64,000 bases of DNA from a virus (Duplodnaviria; Caudoviricetes). The stretch covers positions 20,908 through 84,907 of the IMG/VR virus record IMGVR_UViG_3300017913_001136. One strand, given 5' to 3'. This document shows positions 49,503 to 57,764 of this stretch, in pieces. A program made the position numbers and the translations under genes. The notes under the pieces were generated by a model. That model had not been told where the DNA came from. It worked only from the letters and a program-made list of their open reading frames with translations, and made no database searches. Positions within the stretch are counted from its first letter, which is position 1; each line of letters opens with the position of its first letter.

Positions 49503-49743
49503 GCTTTTTACTTAGTTGTTCCATAGCACGATAAGTGGGAACAAGATGCATGGGGCAATCAAGAGTTGCATGACCCTTTCTATATTTCGTCTCATTGACT
49601 TTTAGATTCTTCAAATCCTTTGGATATGTAAAACCACGAGAGGCAGTTACATAGAACTCACACTCTTGATGTTTATACATCAGGGGCAACCAATACCAGT
49701 GGAACTTCTTTTGAGATATATCAAAGTGCGTGAGAATATTCAT
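49444..49743 (-). CDS. Hypothetical protein within glycan cluster
   Basis: 99-aa ORF overlapping both neighbours. Confidence 0.55.
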   Translation of the reverse strand: MNILTHFDISQKKFHWYWLPLMYKHQECEFYVTASRGFTYPKDLKNLKVNETKYRKGHATLDCPMHLVPTYRAMEQLSKKHGDWYGNHEDLGEKFYDIK

Positions 49744-50339
49744 TTCTTTGCTTCTACAACTGCCGAGTGCAACATGCGAATCTTTCCTGGAGTATCAATA
49801 CCTTTAAAGTCAGGAACACTGCTTTCTTGGTATTTACATTCCTTTACAACTCTAAATCCAACTTCTTTGAGGGCATCTATCATTTCTTGCTTGCCCCAGA
49901 TATACTGGTGTTCACCGTTTTGATGTAGCAATCCAAGTGCGCACTGTTCACGTTTACTGCGATGACTATTTCCTGGAGCAGCAAACTTATGCTTTACTAC
50001 ATAGAACGCATGATAGTGATCCACAAACTCTTTTTCGTCTGGTTCTAATCTTTCATCACTTACCAGTTTCTCCACGAACTCATAAGGTGGCCACACGGTT
50101 CGAATGGTGCCACCATTTTTTAGAATACGATATGCTTCTTTGAAGAAGTTGATTCCCTGATACTTATGCATATGCTCAATAAAATGCTCAGAGTAAATGC
50201 CATCAAACTGATTATCTTGATATGGTGTTGGTAAGTTAGTCAAATCGAGATTGTCTACCCCTGCTCTGTCTGCTAGGTTTACAACTTTCCAATTTAAACC
50301 ACGTGGTCTATCTGCTGCTATTTCTAAGAAGGTTGCCAT
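49740..50339 (-). CDS. SAM-dependent methyltransferase (type 11-like)
   Basis: LPTPYQDNQFDGIYSEHFIEH...EAYRILKNGGTIR. Confidence 0.75.
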   Translation of the reverse strand: MATFLEIAADRPRGLNWKVVNLADRAGVDNLDLTNLPTPYQDNQFDGIYSEHFIEHMHKYQGINFFKEAYRILKNGGTIRTVWPPYEFVEKLVSDERLEPDEKEFVDHYHAFYVVKHKFAAPGNSHRSKREQCALGLLHQNGEHQYIWGKQEMIDALKEVGFRVVKECKYQESSVPDFKGIDTPGKIRMLHSAVVEAKK

Positions 50340-51091
50340 ACACTTAACTCCGTATGTTCTAGTTTCGGCATGTTGAACTTTGTTCTTGCCAAAAAGTGAT
50401 TAATCCGTCCGTCAGGTTTGCCACCCTTCCATTGGTAAGGCATCCTGTTCCATAAAGTATCTAGTTCAACTACATCGAACACTGGTTGGGATAATTGTAG
50501 ATTGATATACATCTGTTCTGTATAACGAGTGTGTAAGACATAATCATCGATAGAAGTGAAATGCTCACGTGCTTTCTGTCTACCTTCACGAGACCATAGT
50601 TGTAACCCACCGTTTAGATAACGAAACCTTTCTTCAGGATATCGCTCTGACTTCGGGAACATCCAGTCAGCACCGAACAGGTGTTTACCATAAGCGATGA
50701 TCCCTCGCTGATACAAAGGAACATCCATAACTTTACGCAACCAACCAGAAGGTCCACCAGTATGTACACCAAGTTCATGAACCATAGCGACATCACCAAT
50801 TATATAATCAAAAATATTCCATTTGGTAGAAATAAGCATATCCAAATCAATGGATAAAATATTATCATATTCATCCCATTTTTCATCGAATATTAGTTTT
50901 GTAGAATCTAGTCTTGGGTCGATATGCTCAAAATATCTTTCGTGATCTAAGATATATTCAGCACCGCACATTTGAGCATAGGTCTGGGCAGAACGTTTAC
51001 CTGCGTGTGCCCACTCAGGCATCTCCACCCCACCTATGTCTTTGTCATTCATTTCATACGGAATATAATATTGATATACTAAATTTTTCAT
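50324..51091 (-). CDS. GT-A glycosyltransferase-like protein
   Basis: YAQMCGAEY, ILSIDLDM, LNGGL, EQMY, LWN, INHF. Confidence 0.65.
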   Translation of the reverse strand: MKNLVYQYYIPYEMNDKDIGGVEMPEWAHAGKRSAQTYAQMCGAEYILDHERYFEHIDPRLDSTKLIFDEKWDEYDNILSIDLDMLISTKWNIFDYIIGDVAMVHELGVHTGGPSGWLRKVMDVPLYQRGIIAYGKHLFGADWMFPKSERYPEERFRYLNGGLQLWSREGRQKAREHFTSIDDYVLHTRYTEQMYINLQLSQPVFDVVELDTLWNRMPYQWKGGKPDGRINHFLARTKFNMPKLEHTELSVWQPS

Positions 51092-51097
51092 GATGTA

Positions 51098-51436
51098 TTA
51101 TTTAGGATCTGATTTTTTACCCTTTACTGCATCAGCACCGAAGAATGCTGCAACCAATACTGATATAGAAACAAAATATGTAGGTGCGATATCACTGATT
51201 AATTGTGCTGCTTTATCTTGACCAAGTATCGTTGTGATTAATATAGTCAAGGGATAAAGTAACATACCAAACAATGCGAACCAAGTCATTTTTCTCATAG
51301 CGTCCCTTTGGGCATCAGCATCTTCTAGTTCTTTACGCTTGAACTCAAGATGCATATCGAGTTCTTGTCTAGTGATGTGACCATCACCGTCTGAATCTGC
51401 TTCATCTAGTCCTTCAACGGTTTTTCTTTCTGCCAT
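51098..51436 (-). CDS. EF-hand-containing two-TM membrane protein
   Basis: DSDGDGHITRQE canonical EF-hand loop; two hydrophobic helices; basic C-tail. Confidence 0.65.
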   Translation of the reverse strand: MAERKTVEGLDEADSDGDGHITRQELDMHLEFKRKELEDADAQRDAMRKMTWFALFGMLLYPLTILITTILGQDKAAQLISDIAPTYFVSISVLVAAFFGADAVKGKKSDPK

Positions 51437-51638
51437 TTTCGTACTCCGCGAGAATTATGTTAGCAATTTCCATTGCACGATCATAACCATTGCGCAGACG
51501 ATTAGAACGGAAACCGTGTTCTGCGAACCACTCTAGCGTATTTATACTAGAACCTCCACCAACAGACTTAGAAAAGTCTGTTGCTATTTCTTCAAACTCG
51601 GTGCGGAGATTTAGAAGTTGGATAAAATTTATCTGCAT
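51414..51638 (-). CDS. Hypothetical protein
   Basis: 74-aa ORF overlapping neighbours. Confidence 0.55.
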   Translation of the reverse strand: MQINFIQLLNLRTEFEEIATDFSKSVGGGSSINTLEWFAEHGFRSNRLRNGYDRAMEIANIILAEYENGRKKNR

Positions 51639-52162
51639 ACGATTGCATCCTCAAGTGCTGGAATTAAATACTCACGGAAGTCATCTTCATTACACTGAAA
51701 ACGAATACCGATACCACCTGCTTGTTCCCAACGGTGGATGTTCTCAGGTTTATCATCAATCAAAATGTTAGGACGATAATCGATTTTACTCATAGCATAC
51801 TTATGTTTGTTTGAAGTAAACACACAGTTTTCAACGAGATCTGGCATGAACCCCATACGATTCAACCAGACACGTTTCCAGTATGCTGAGTTGTATTCAT
51901 CACCACGCATGGGGGAGGAGCAAATCCCCCATGCGATCTCTTCTTGCCAAGCAACTTGTTTTACGTGCTGGACAATTTGACCTGATATCTCACGACCATT
52001 ATCATCATAGAAGCAGGGAAGTTCATTAAAGAACTCGGTGTTAGCAAGTTCAGCGAAAGCAACTTCACGATGCTGAATTGATTTCCAGTGATCTACATCA
52101 TAGTGTTTAGCAACACCTCCAAAGAAATCGGCGATTACGCCATCCATATCAAGATAAATCAT
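51629..52162 (-). CDS. 5'(3')-deoxyribonucleotidase (HAD family)
   Basis: YLDMDGVIADF and LIDDKPEN...W...GG.GI. Confidence 0.85.
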   Translation of the reverse strand: MIYLDMDGVIADFFGGVAKHYDVDHWKSIQHREVAFAELANTEFFNELPCFYDDNGREISGQIVQHVKQVAWQEEIAWGICSSPMRGDEYNSAYWKRVWLNRMGFMPDLVENCVFTSNKHKYAMSKIDYRPNILIDDKPENIHRWEQAGGIGIRFQCNEDDFREYLIPALEDAIVCR

Positions 52163-52257
52163 TTACAAACTCCTAAATCATTTACGAACCAAATTATTTC
52201 TGGCCAAAAGATAACTGCCAGAACACCGAGTAGAATACCAATTAATAGATTAAACAT
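52159..52257 (-). CDS. 32-aa single-TM peptide (not in ORF track)
   Basis: MFNLLIGILLGVLAVIFWPEIIWFVNDLGVCK; overlaps both neighbours. Confidence 0.5.
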   Translation of the reverse strand: MFNLLIGILLGVLAVIFWPEIIWFVNDLGVCK

Positions 52258-52663
52258 TGACTTCAATCCTTCCTTCTTCGATTGCTTTACTGATAATCAT
52301 GCTTGATTTATTGTGCATCATACGAAGATACTCATCACGACCAAACTGCTCAAGAACAGCATTCTCTACGATAATACGAAACGCAGGTGCGATACGTTCT
52401 TCGATAATATCCCACTTATCTTCTTGAGAAGAGTGGATAGGCAGGTGCCACACACGAAGATTTTTATCGAGAGTGCGAAGTTCACGATAGCGGTTCATAA
52501 GACCATTGTTGAAGATATCATGAATAACATTTTGAGCACGACGAAAACGATCTAACGATTTCGCTGAACCAGTAAAACCTTTACATCTACCGAAAGCAGG
52601 TACACGTTCCTGTAAGGCATCAATCCAAGGTTCTAAGTCTTTACAAGTTTTTTCCATCCACAT
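52250..52663 (-). CDS. Early hypothetical protein
   Basis: AGGAGCAAAATT RBS; LDRFRRAQNVIHDIFNNGLMN motif. Confidence 0.65.
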   Translation of the reverse strand: MWMEKTCKDLEPWIDALQERVPAFGRCKGFTGSAKSLDRFRRAQNVIHDIFNNGLMNRYRELRTLDKNLRVWHLPIHSSQEDKWDIIEERIAPAFRIIVENAVLEQFGRDEYLRMMHNKSSMIISKAIEEGRIEVNV

Positions 52664-52700
52664 AATTTTGCTCCTTTGAATGAATTTTTATTATATAACT

Positions 52701-52730
52701 ATTGTATCATACTTTTGCAGAAAAGTAAAG
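52701..52730 (-). promoter_or_regulatory. Early promoter with four phased upstream A-tracts
   Basis: CTTTACTTTTCTGCAAAAGTATGATACAAT; A-tracts at 10-nt period over 52731-52770. Confidence 0.8.
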
Positions 52731-52766
52731 ACTTTTTTTCTATTTTTTTAATTTTTTTTAATTTTT

Positions 52767-53441
52767 TTAATGGAACAACTTTCGACGATCATATTCTTTT
52801 TTCGTCGACAGAAGGAGATCTATGTAGTTATCTCGGTGTTCAACGAAGACCTGTGGGGACTCGTTGTCCACGTCCATACATATGACGGTGTTTGGGATAG
52901 GAATACCTGTGCGCTCTTCGAACATAATCGCATAAGCACTCGCCTGTGCGAAATAGTTAGAAATCTTTTCTTTATTTTTTGGATAGCGAGACGTCTTGAA
53001 GTCGATGATCGATGGTACACCATTCCACTCTGCTATACAATCGCAACGACCAGCAAGACCAAGATGGCGACTAAAAAGAGCAACTTCGAGACCAAAGATT
53101 GTCCCGATAGATTGATCAAGAACTGTCCGCAGGTTTTGTAGAGACTGCCTAACATGTGGGAGATAATCTGTTGTATCTTCATTTTTTAAATATCTTTCGA
53201 CAATACTATGTACAGCAGTGCCCCGATTACTAGCACGATGACCCACTCTATTTGCTTCATCTTCACCGACTCTTTGTCGCCATTTTCTGATTGCTTCTTC
53301 ATTGATAATACTCAGAACTGTTGTAACGCTAGGATACTTAGAACCGTCAGGAGCATAATATACCCGACCATTTTTCCCTGTATCTGCATCCAAATCACTA
53401 TATCCAAGATCAACTTCTTCATGTTTAAATACTCTGTTCAC
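52767..53441 (-). CDS. PD-(D/E)XK exonuclease (Cas4-like phage family)
   Basis: YPSVTTVL, RGTAVH, LAGRCDCI, IIDFKTS, YFAQASAYA. Confidence 0.85.
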   Translation of the reverse strand: MNRVFKHEEVDLGYSDLDADTGKNGRVYYAPDGSKYPSVTTVLSIINEEAIRKWRQRVGEDEANRVGHRASNRGTAVHSIVERYLKNEDTTDYLPHVRQSLQNLRTVLDQSIGTIFGLEVALFSRHLGLAGRCDCIAEWNGVPSIIDFKTSRYPKNKEKISNYFAQASAYAIMFEERTGIPIPNTVICMDVDNESPQVFVEHRDNYIDLLLSTKKEYDRRKLFH

Positions 53442-53682
53442 CGTCTATCCAATACTGTAATTTTATTCCATCAACGCAAACCACACTCTGAACTGGTCTG
53501 CCATCATATTCCGCTGAAGCAATATTTGCACTCAGCGATTTATTTTTCACCAAGAAACCACGACAACTGATTTCATCCGGAAATGGATATTTAGTAAATG
53601 CATAAATATCCGTTCCTTGCTGATTCGGTTCTGCGTTAAACATCAATGCTACTATAAACCATTTCATAAGATATCGTCCCAT
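53425..53682 (-). CDS. Hypothetical protein with hydrophobic N-terminus
   Basis: 85 aa; overlaps neighbours. Confidence 0.55.
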   Translation of the reverse strand: MGRYLMKWFIVALMFNAEPNQQGTDIYAFTKYPFPDEISCRGFLVKNKSLSANIASAEYDGRPVQSVVCVDGIKLQYWIDGEQSI

Positions 53683-54050
53683 CCTATAATTGCTTTGATT
53701 GCTACAGGATCAAACTCAACATTACCAGTCCCACCTGCTAGAAGGCAAGTAAACCCATTCATTGGTTGCCTTTCCACAATCGTGACTTGGTTATCTGTAG
53801 GATCAAACAACAAGAAGAAATCAGACTTAAATCCTGACCCATCCCCATTAAAAGAGTTGCCGTAAAAATACATGAGCGGTTTCATACCGTCTTTCTTTAC
53901 TTGTGACAACATCTCCATTGCATCATTAAGTGTTGGAGCGCAGATCACAGGTTTACTGTAAAGAGGTGCGCTCGGACCTTCTAAGTCTTGGGCATTACTA
54001 ACACATGAAGTAAATAACAAAGTGGTCAAGATTAAAAATTTTTTAAACAT
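53664..54050 (-). CDS. Hypothetical secreted/lipoprotein-like protein
   Basis: MFKKFLILTTLLFTSC signal-peptide-like start. Confidence 0.55.
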   Translation of the reverse strand: MFKKFLILTTLLFTSCVSNAQDLEGPSAPLYSKPVICAPTLNDAMEMLSQVKKDGMKPLMYFYGNSFNGDGSGFKSDFFLLFDPTDNQVTIVERQPMNGFTCLLAGGTGNVEFDPVAIKAIIGWDDIL

Positions 54051-54727
54051 TATTTCATTCCTAGCATCTCCTTCGTCATAATATAATCACGAAGAAAGTC
54101 TGATCTCACAATGTCTTCCCAACCAAATGTAATCACACTGAAGTTCTTTAGTTGTTCAATGACTCGTAAGAATCTCTGGATACCTTCCCTTTCAGATGCA
54201 TCTTTGAAGTCTGATTGGTAATAGTCTCCGCTAAATATGATTCTGCAATTATTTCCTACACGTGTGATAACAGAATCAAGTTCGTGGAAATTAAGATTCT
54301 GCATCTCATCCACGATAATGACGGCATTGTCTATAGTAAGTCCCCGAATAAACGATGTCGTCGTAAACTCCAACTGATGACTATTTATAAGTTTATTATA
54401 AGATGCGTTTTCACCAAATAGTTCATTACATATTGCTTTGTATGGAGTTTCAAATACTTCTTTCTTTTCTTCTACCGTTCCTGGCAAGTATCCCATGTCT
54501 CTCGTCGGAACAACCGACCTGACGATAATACACTTATCATAAGGTGTCTCTCGCTCGAGAACCGTTTCCATTGCAAGGTATAACGCAACAAAAGTCTTAC
54601 CAGTACCAGCAGAACCAGCAAGGACGAGATTGTCTCCATCATCCCATGCATCATATGCTTTCTTTTGATTTGCGGTTTGTGGTTCATAATTAAATAAATC
54701 CTCGAATCTTACAGTTGCCTTACTCAT
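54050..54727 (-). CDS. phoH: PhoH-like ATPase
   Basis: GSAGTGKT, GYLPG, FIRGLTI, VDEMQN, GDYYQSD, DIVRS. Confidence 0.93.
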   Translation of the reverse strand: MSKATVRFEDLFNYEPQTANQKKAYDAWDDGDNLVLAGSAGTGKTFVALYLAMETVLERETPYDKCIIVRSVVPTRDMGYLPGTVEEKKEVFETPYKAICNELFGENASYNKLINSHQLEFTTTSFIRGLTIDNAVIIVDEMQNLNFHELDSVITRVGNNCRIIFSGDYYQSDFKDASEREGIQRFLRVIEQLKNFSVITFGWEDIVRSDFLRDYIMTKEMLGMK

Positions 54728-54872
54728 AGTCTTGTATCCATTTGAGTTCCATGATCAATCGATAATACCAAACACGATCGTGTGGATCAGATGCTTTAAG
54801 GGCATCGTCTCTTAACTGTGCTATGCGTGCAGTGATATAATCGTGTTTAGATTTTTTCCTTTGACGTTTCAT
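54720..54872 (-). CDS. Small hypothetical protein (50 aa, not in ORF track)
   Basis: MKRQRKKSKHDYITARIAQLRDDALKASDPHDRVWYYRLIMELKWIQDYE. Confidence 0.55.
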   Translation of the reverse strand: MKRQRKKSKHDYITARIAQLRDDALKASDPHDRVWYYRLIMELKWIQDYE

Positions 54873-55099
54873 GTTTTGATTGTATTCCCTGAACCAGAAC
54901 CTTTTTTGATCCTACTCAAATGATCGTTCCACTCGCTTCCTGCACGTCTTAGATTAGATACAGTATTACTCGAGAACGCAGGTGTAGATAGAACTTTAGT
55001 GATATCATCATCTTCTAAATGCTGAGCAAGTTCATCAAAGGAGCAAGTGATATTCCACTCTTCTCCTGTAGAGATTCTTTTAAGTGTATATTTTGGCAT
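54869..55099 (-). CDS. Conserved small protein (FmdB-like)
   Basis: MPKY......TGE, W.D.L..IK pattern. Confidence 0.5.
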   Translation of the reverse strand: MPKYTLKRISTGEEWNITCSFDELAQHLEDDDITKVLSTPAFSSNTVSNLRRAGSEWNDHLSRIKKGSGSGNTIKT

Positions 55100-55455
55100 T
55101 ATATCAGATCACTCCATTTTTCAAGTTTTTGTTTTTTATAATCCGATCGATCTTCTAACTCTTGCCAACTGAAAATATCATATTGGTGCATGAGTTCTAA
55201 CATACAGAGTACATCACCTGCTTCTTCCAAAAGTTTATTACGAAGTCCTTCATCAATATCGCCTCGCCTTAAAACTTTCATGCAAACCTGAGTTAACTCA
55301 CCGCACTCTTCTGCAGTAATCGCCATCAGTTGTTGTTGCGCATCAATTTTTCGCACCCTGATATCCTTTCCACCAGTTAGGTGCTGCTCTGCCTCTTTCC
55401 CACTTGGCGAAAGGTTTCGCAGCATGATAATAGTTTTGGTATGCTTGAACTGCAT
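55099..55455 (-). CDS. MazG-like nucleotide pyrophosphohydrolase
   Basis: TAEECGEL.Q...K..R.......LLEEAGDV; true start likely downstream of the track start. Confidence 0.75.
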   Translation of the reverse strand: MQFKHTKTIIMLRNLSPSGKEAEQHLTGGKDIRVRKIDAQQQLMAITAEECGELTQVCMKVLRRGDIDEGLRNKLLEEAGDVLCMLELMHQYDIFSWQELEDRSDYKKQKLEKWSDLI

Positions 55456-55942
55456 TACCTGGAACCATACACTCAGGATACATCTTCATCGCTTGAGCAA
55501 ACTCGGTCATACCTATCTTCGGTATATTACGAGGTGGTGCTTGAATAGCATAAAGAATCTCTCTATGAGTTTTATGCATCTTGTGTGGTTCTTTCTCTGT
55601 ACTATATCTGTATGTATACTCGTCGCAAAGGGCACGCATATGTTCCCAGTGCCAACGATAGTTCGCTTCACTTTGCATTGACCATATGGTACAAGGATGA
55701 GCAGTATGCACTGCTTTATAGTATAGCAACTCTGCTTCTAGATCGTCAGAACCTTCATACAGATCCCAATACTTCACCATCGTCTTACCTGACTTCGAAG
55801 GACGTTTAGTTTCCTTGCCATCAAGCATACGGTGTGCTGTGCATAGCATCTGCGCTGACTCTACAATCATTTTAGGGATATGTTTGTCACACATCATTTG
55901 TGCAGCAATCACTGGATCACTGTCTAATACAAAGATATTCAT
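55343..55942 (-). CDS. Pyrimidine-dimer DNA glycosylase family protein
   Basis: MNIFVLD.DP..AAQ..CDKH..KM.VESAQML.TAH, HPCT.W, AYQNYY. Confidence 0.8.
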   Translation of the reverse strand: MNIFVLDSDPVIAAQMMCDKHIPKMIVESAQMLCTAHRMLDGKETKRPSKSGKTMVKYWDLYEGSDDLEAELLYYKAVHTAHPCTIWSMQSEANYRWHWEHMRALCDEYTYRYSTEKEPHKMHKTHREILYAIQAPPRNIPKIGMTEFAQAMKMYPECMVPGNAVQAYQNYYHAAKPFAKWERGRAAPNWWKGYQGAKN

Positions 55943-55980
55943 AATATGGATACTCCCACTGCCTCAACAATCACTATGTT

Positions 55981-56010
55981 ATTATATCATAAAAAGACAG
56001 TTTTGTAAAG
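55981..56010 (-). promoter_or_regulatory. Early promoter
   Basis: CTTTACAAAACTGTCTTTTTATGATATAAT. Confidence 0.8.
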
Positions 56011-56035
56011 CACTATTTTTTAGATTTTTTTTAAA

Positions 56036-56197
56036 TTAACTCGTCAATGGTACGTTCTCAAGTCGTTGGAGGATGAAGTCTTTCTTCTTGAGTATTTTCT
56101 TTGCCCTTTCGTGCAGTCCCTTCTTTTCTAATTTCCTAGCATAGATTTCAAGTTCGTTTGTATCTTTTTTAAGACGGTCGATTTGGGAATATACCAT
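56036..56197 (-). CDS. Small basic hypothetical protein (53 aa, not in ORF track)
   Basis: MVYSQIDRLKKDTNELEIYARKLEKKGLHERAKKILKKKDFILQRLENVPLTS. Confidence 0.55.
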   Translation of the reverse strand: MVYSQIDRLKKDTNELEIYARKLEKKGLHERAKKILKKKDFILQRLENVPLTS

Positions 56198-56275
56198 TTA
56201 GAGTTTCCTATTAAAAAACAGCGTACACGAAACGTGCACACTGCTAGTGTGTTGAAGTTAAAATGTGAAACAGTC

Positions 56276-56695
56276 TTAGTCTTTGAGTAGACCAGGAAAT
56301 GCCTCTTCTACGATCTTCCGAGTAATACCTTTGGGTGCTTTCTTATTGATCATGTTGATCACCACTTGAGCATCTTCAGGATGAACACCTTCTAGTAAAC
56401 CTATGAAGATCCTTTCTCGTTTAAATGCAGGCAGTTTATCACCTTTGCCACCCTTCACGAACCATGCGAATTGTTTATATTCTCTTTGAAGTTCTGATGG
56501 ATGATTGTGTCCCTCCGCTTCGGTAAATGGAGGAGAACCTTCTGGGAGGTTCCATTCGACTTTAGAATCGAGGGATCCACGAATAATATCTTTTATTGCC
56601 CAGTTGTTTGCGTTTTGTTTAAGGACTTTGATCTTTTCGTCCCGCTTCTTTGCCTTCGATACTTCATCGAAGATCTCAAATACATACTTTGCCAT
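56276..56695 (-). CDS. Conserved T4-like hypothetical protein downstream of RNase H
   Basis: W.LPEG.PPF, KRE..FI.LLEGVHP.DA...I.M..K pattern. Confidence 0.7.
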   Translation of the reverse strand: MAKYVFEIFDEVSKAKKRDEKIKVLKQNANNWAIKDIIRGSLDSKVEWNLPEGSPPFTEAEGHNHPSELQREYKQFAWFVKGGKGDKLPAFKRERIFIGLLEGVHPEDAQVVINMINKKAPKGITRKIVEEAFPGLLKD

Positions 56696-57549
56696 CAGTT
56701 TATAAATTCCTCTACTGATTCAATCAACATCTTCATGTTTTTATTTATAAGATAAGGAAACACCTTGCCCTTATTATGCCACTGATCCTGAGAATTAAAT
56801 TTTTCAATAATTTGCTTTTTTAATCTATCAGGAGTTTTAGTCAGGTCAATCATCGTTTCGTTTCGTTGATAGTTCCGATACCAAGATGCAGCATAAAGTA
56901 GTTCACCCTCTGCTAGATCTTCTTTGATTGCTTCTTTCTTTTTCTTTGAAAGAGGTGTCTGTCTCCTACCTTCTACGAATACATCATCATCAGATAATAC
57001 GTTTGGCACGCCATCACCTGCATCACCTGTAAGGATCTTCTCTATCAGATTTACCTTCGGATTATCTTCCTTGTATTCTTTTTTCATCAAAGGAGAATAC
57101 TGACGCACATTAGGATATTTCTGTAATTGTAAGAAGTCTTTATCAGCACTGATAATCATGACATCTTCATAATTACCGAACTCGTGAGTATTCTCACATA
57201 GAGTTCCTATAATATCATCTGCCTCACATTCATCCACTTGAATAACTTTGTAAGGGAAGTGATCCATGATTTCTTCTTTGATCTGGTGCATTACTTCAAA
57301 TGCCTTTTCCCAATCAAATGAATCTTCTTCACGTTTCTTCTTTCGGTTCGCCTTGTATTGAGGATAATATCCACGACGCCAGTTATTGGGACCATCGATA
57401 GCAAGAACAAGTTCACCGAAATCTTTTTTGTATTTGGTACGATATTGACGAAGACTGTTCAGGATCATATGCCTGAGCAGATTCTCGTCGTCAAGTTTAT
57501 TGACCACGATCGTTGCGATCGCAAGTCCACTATAATCTACAATAATCAT
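56695..57549 (-). CDS. rnh: T4-type RNase H (5'-3' exonuclease)
   Basis: IIVDY, HMILNSLR, NWRR.YYPQYKA.RK, EADDIIG, ISADKDFLQL, GDAGDGVPN. Confidence 0.93.
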   Translation of the reverse strand: MIIVDYSGLAIATIVVNKLDDENLLRHMILNSLRQYRTKYKKDFGELVLAIDGPNNWRRGYYPQYKANRKKKREEDSFDWEKAFEVMHQIKEEIMDHFPYKVIQVDECEADDIIGTLCENTHEFGNYEDVMIISADKDFLQLQKYPNVRQYSPLMKKEYKEDNPKVNLIEKILTGDAGDGVPNVLSDDDVFVEGRRQTPLSKKKKEAIKEDLAEGELLYAASWYRNYQRNETMIDLTKTPDRLKKQIIEKFNSQDQWHNKGKVFPYLINKNMKMLIESVEEFIN

Positions 57550-57710
57550 CTGTATGCCTTAAATTCCCATTCACCCAATAACCTATCGATCTTAATATCA
57601 AGACCGCTGTTTTCAATTCGTTTACGATTATCAATCAACCAATAGAACTTTCTATTGTCAGGTAACAACTTAAACTCTTCGAAAAACAAAATCTTATTTG
57701 TAATAATCAT
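57546..57710 (-). CDS. Small hypothetical protein (54 aa, not in ORF track)
   Basis: GAGGAG RBS and early promoter upstream; stop overlaps rnh start. Confidence 0.55.
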   Translation of the reverse strand: MIITNKILFFEEFKLLPDNRKFYWLIDNRKRIENSGLDIKIDRLLGEWEFKAYR

Positions 57711-57734
57711 ACGACTCCTCCATGTGTTTTGAAT

Positions 57735-57764
57735 ATTATATCATATTCTGGAGGAAAAGTAAAG
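57735..57764 (-). promoter_or_regulatory. Early promoter
   Basis: CTTTACTTTTCCTCCAGAATATGATATAAT. Confidence 0.8.

Noticed and set aside
42515-51091. GTs as T4-style DNA glucosyltransferases
   Set aside because: GT25/GT8-like motifs, sulfotransferase and epimerase do not resemble T4 alpha/beta-glucosyltransferases, and no dCMP hydroxymethylase is in the window; cannot be fully excluded.
52767-53441. CRISPR-Cas locus (Cas4)
   Set aside because: No repeat-spacer array or other cas genes seen; this is the common phage PD-(D/E)XK exonuclease.
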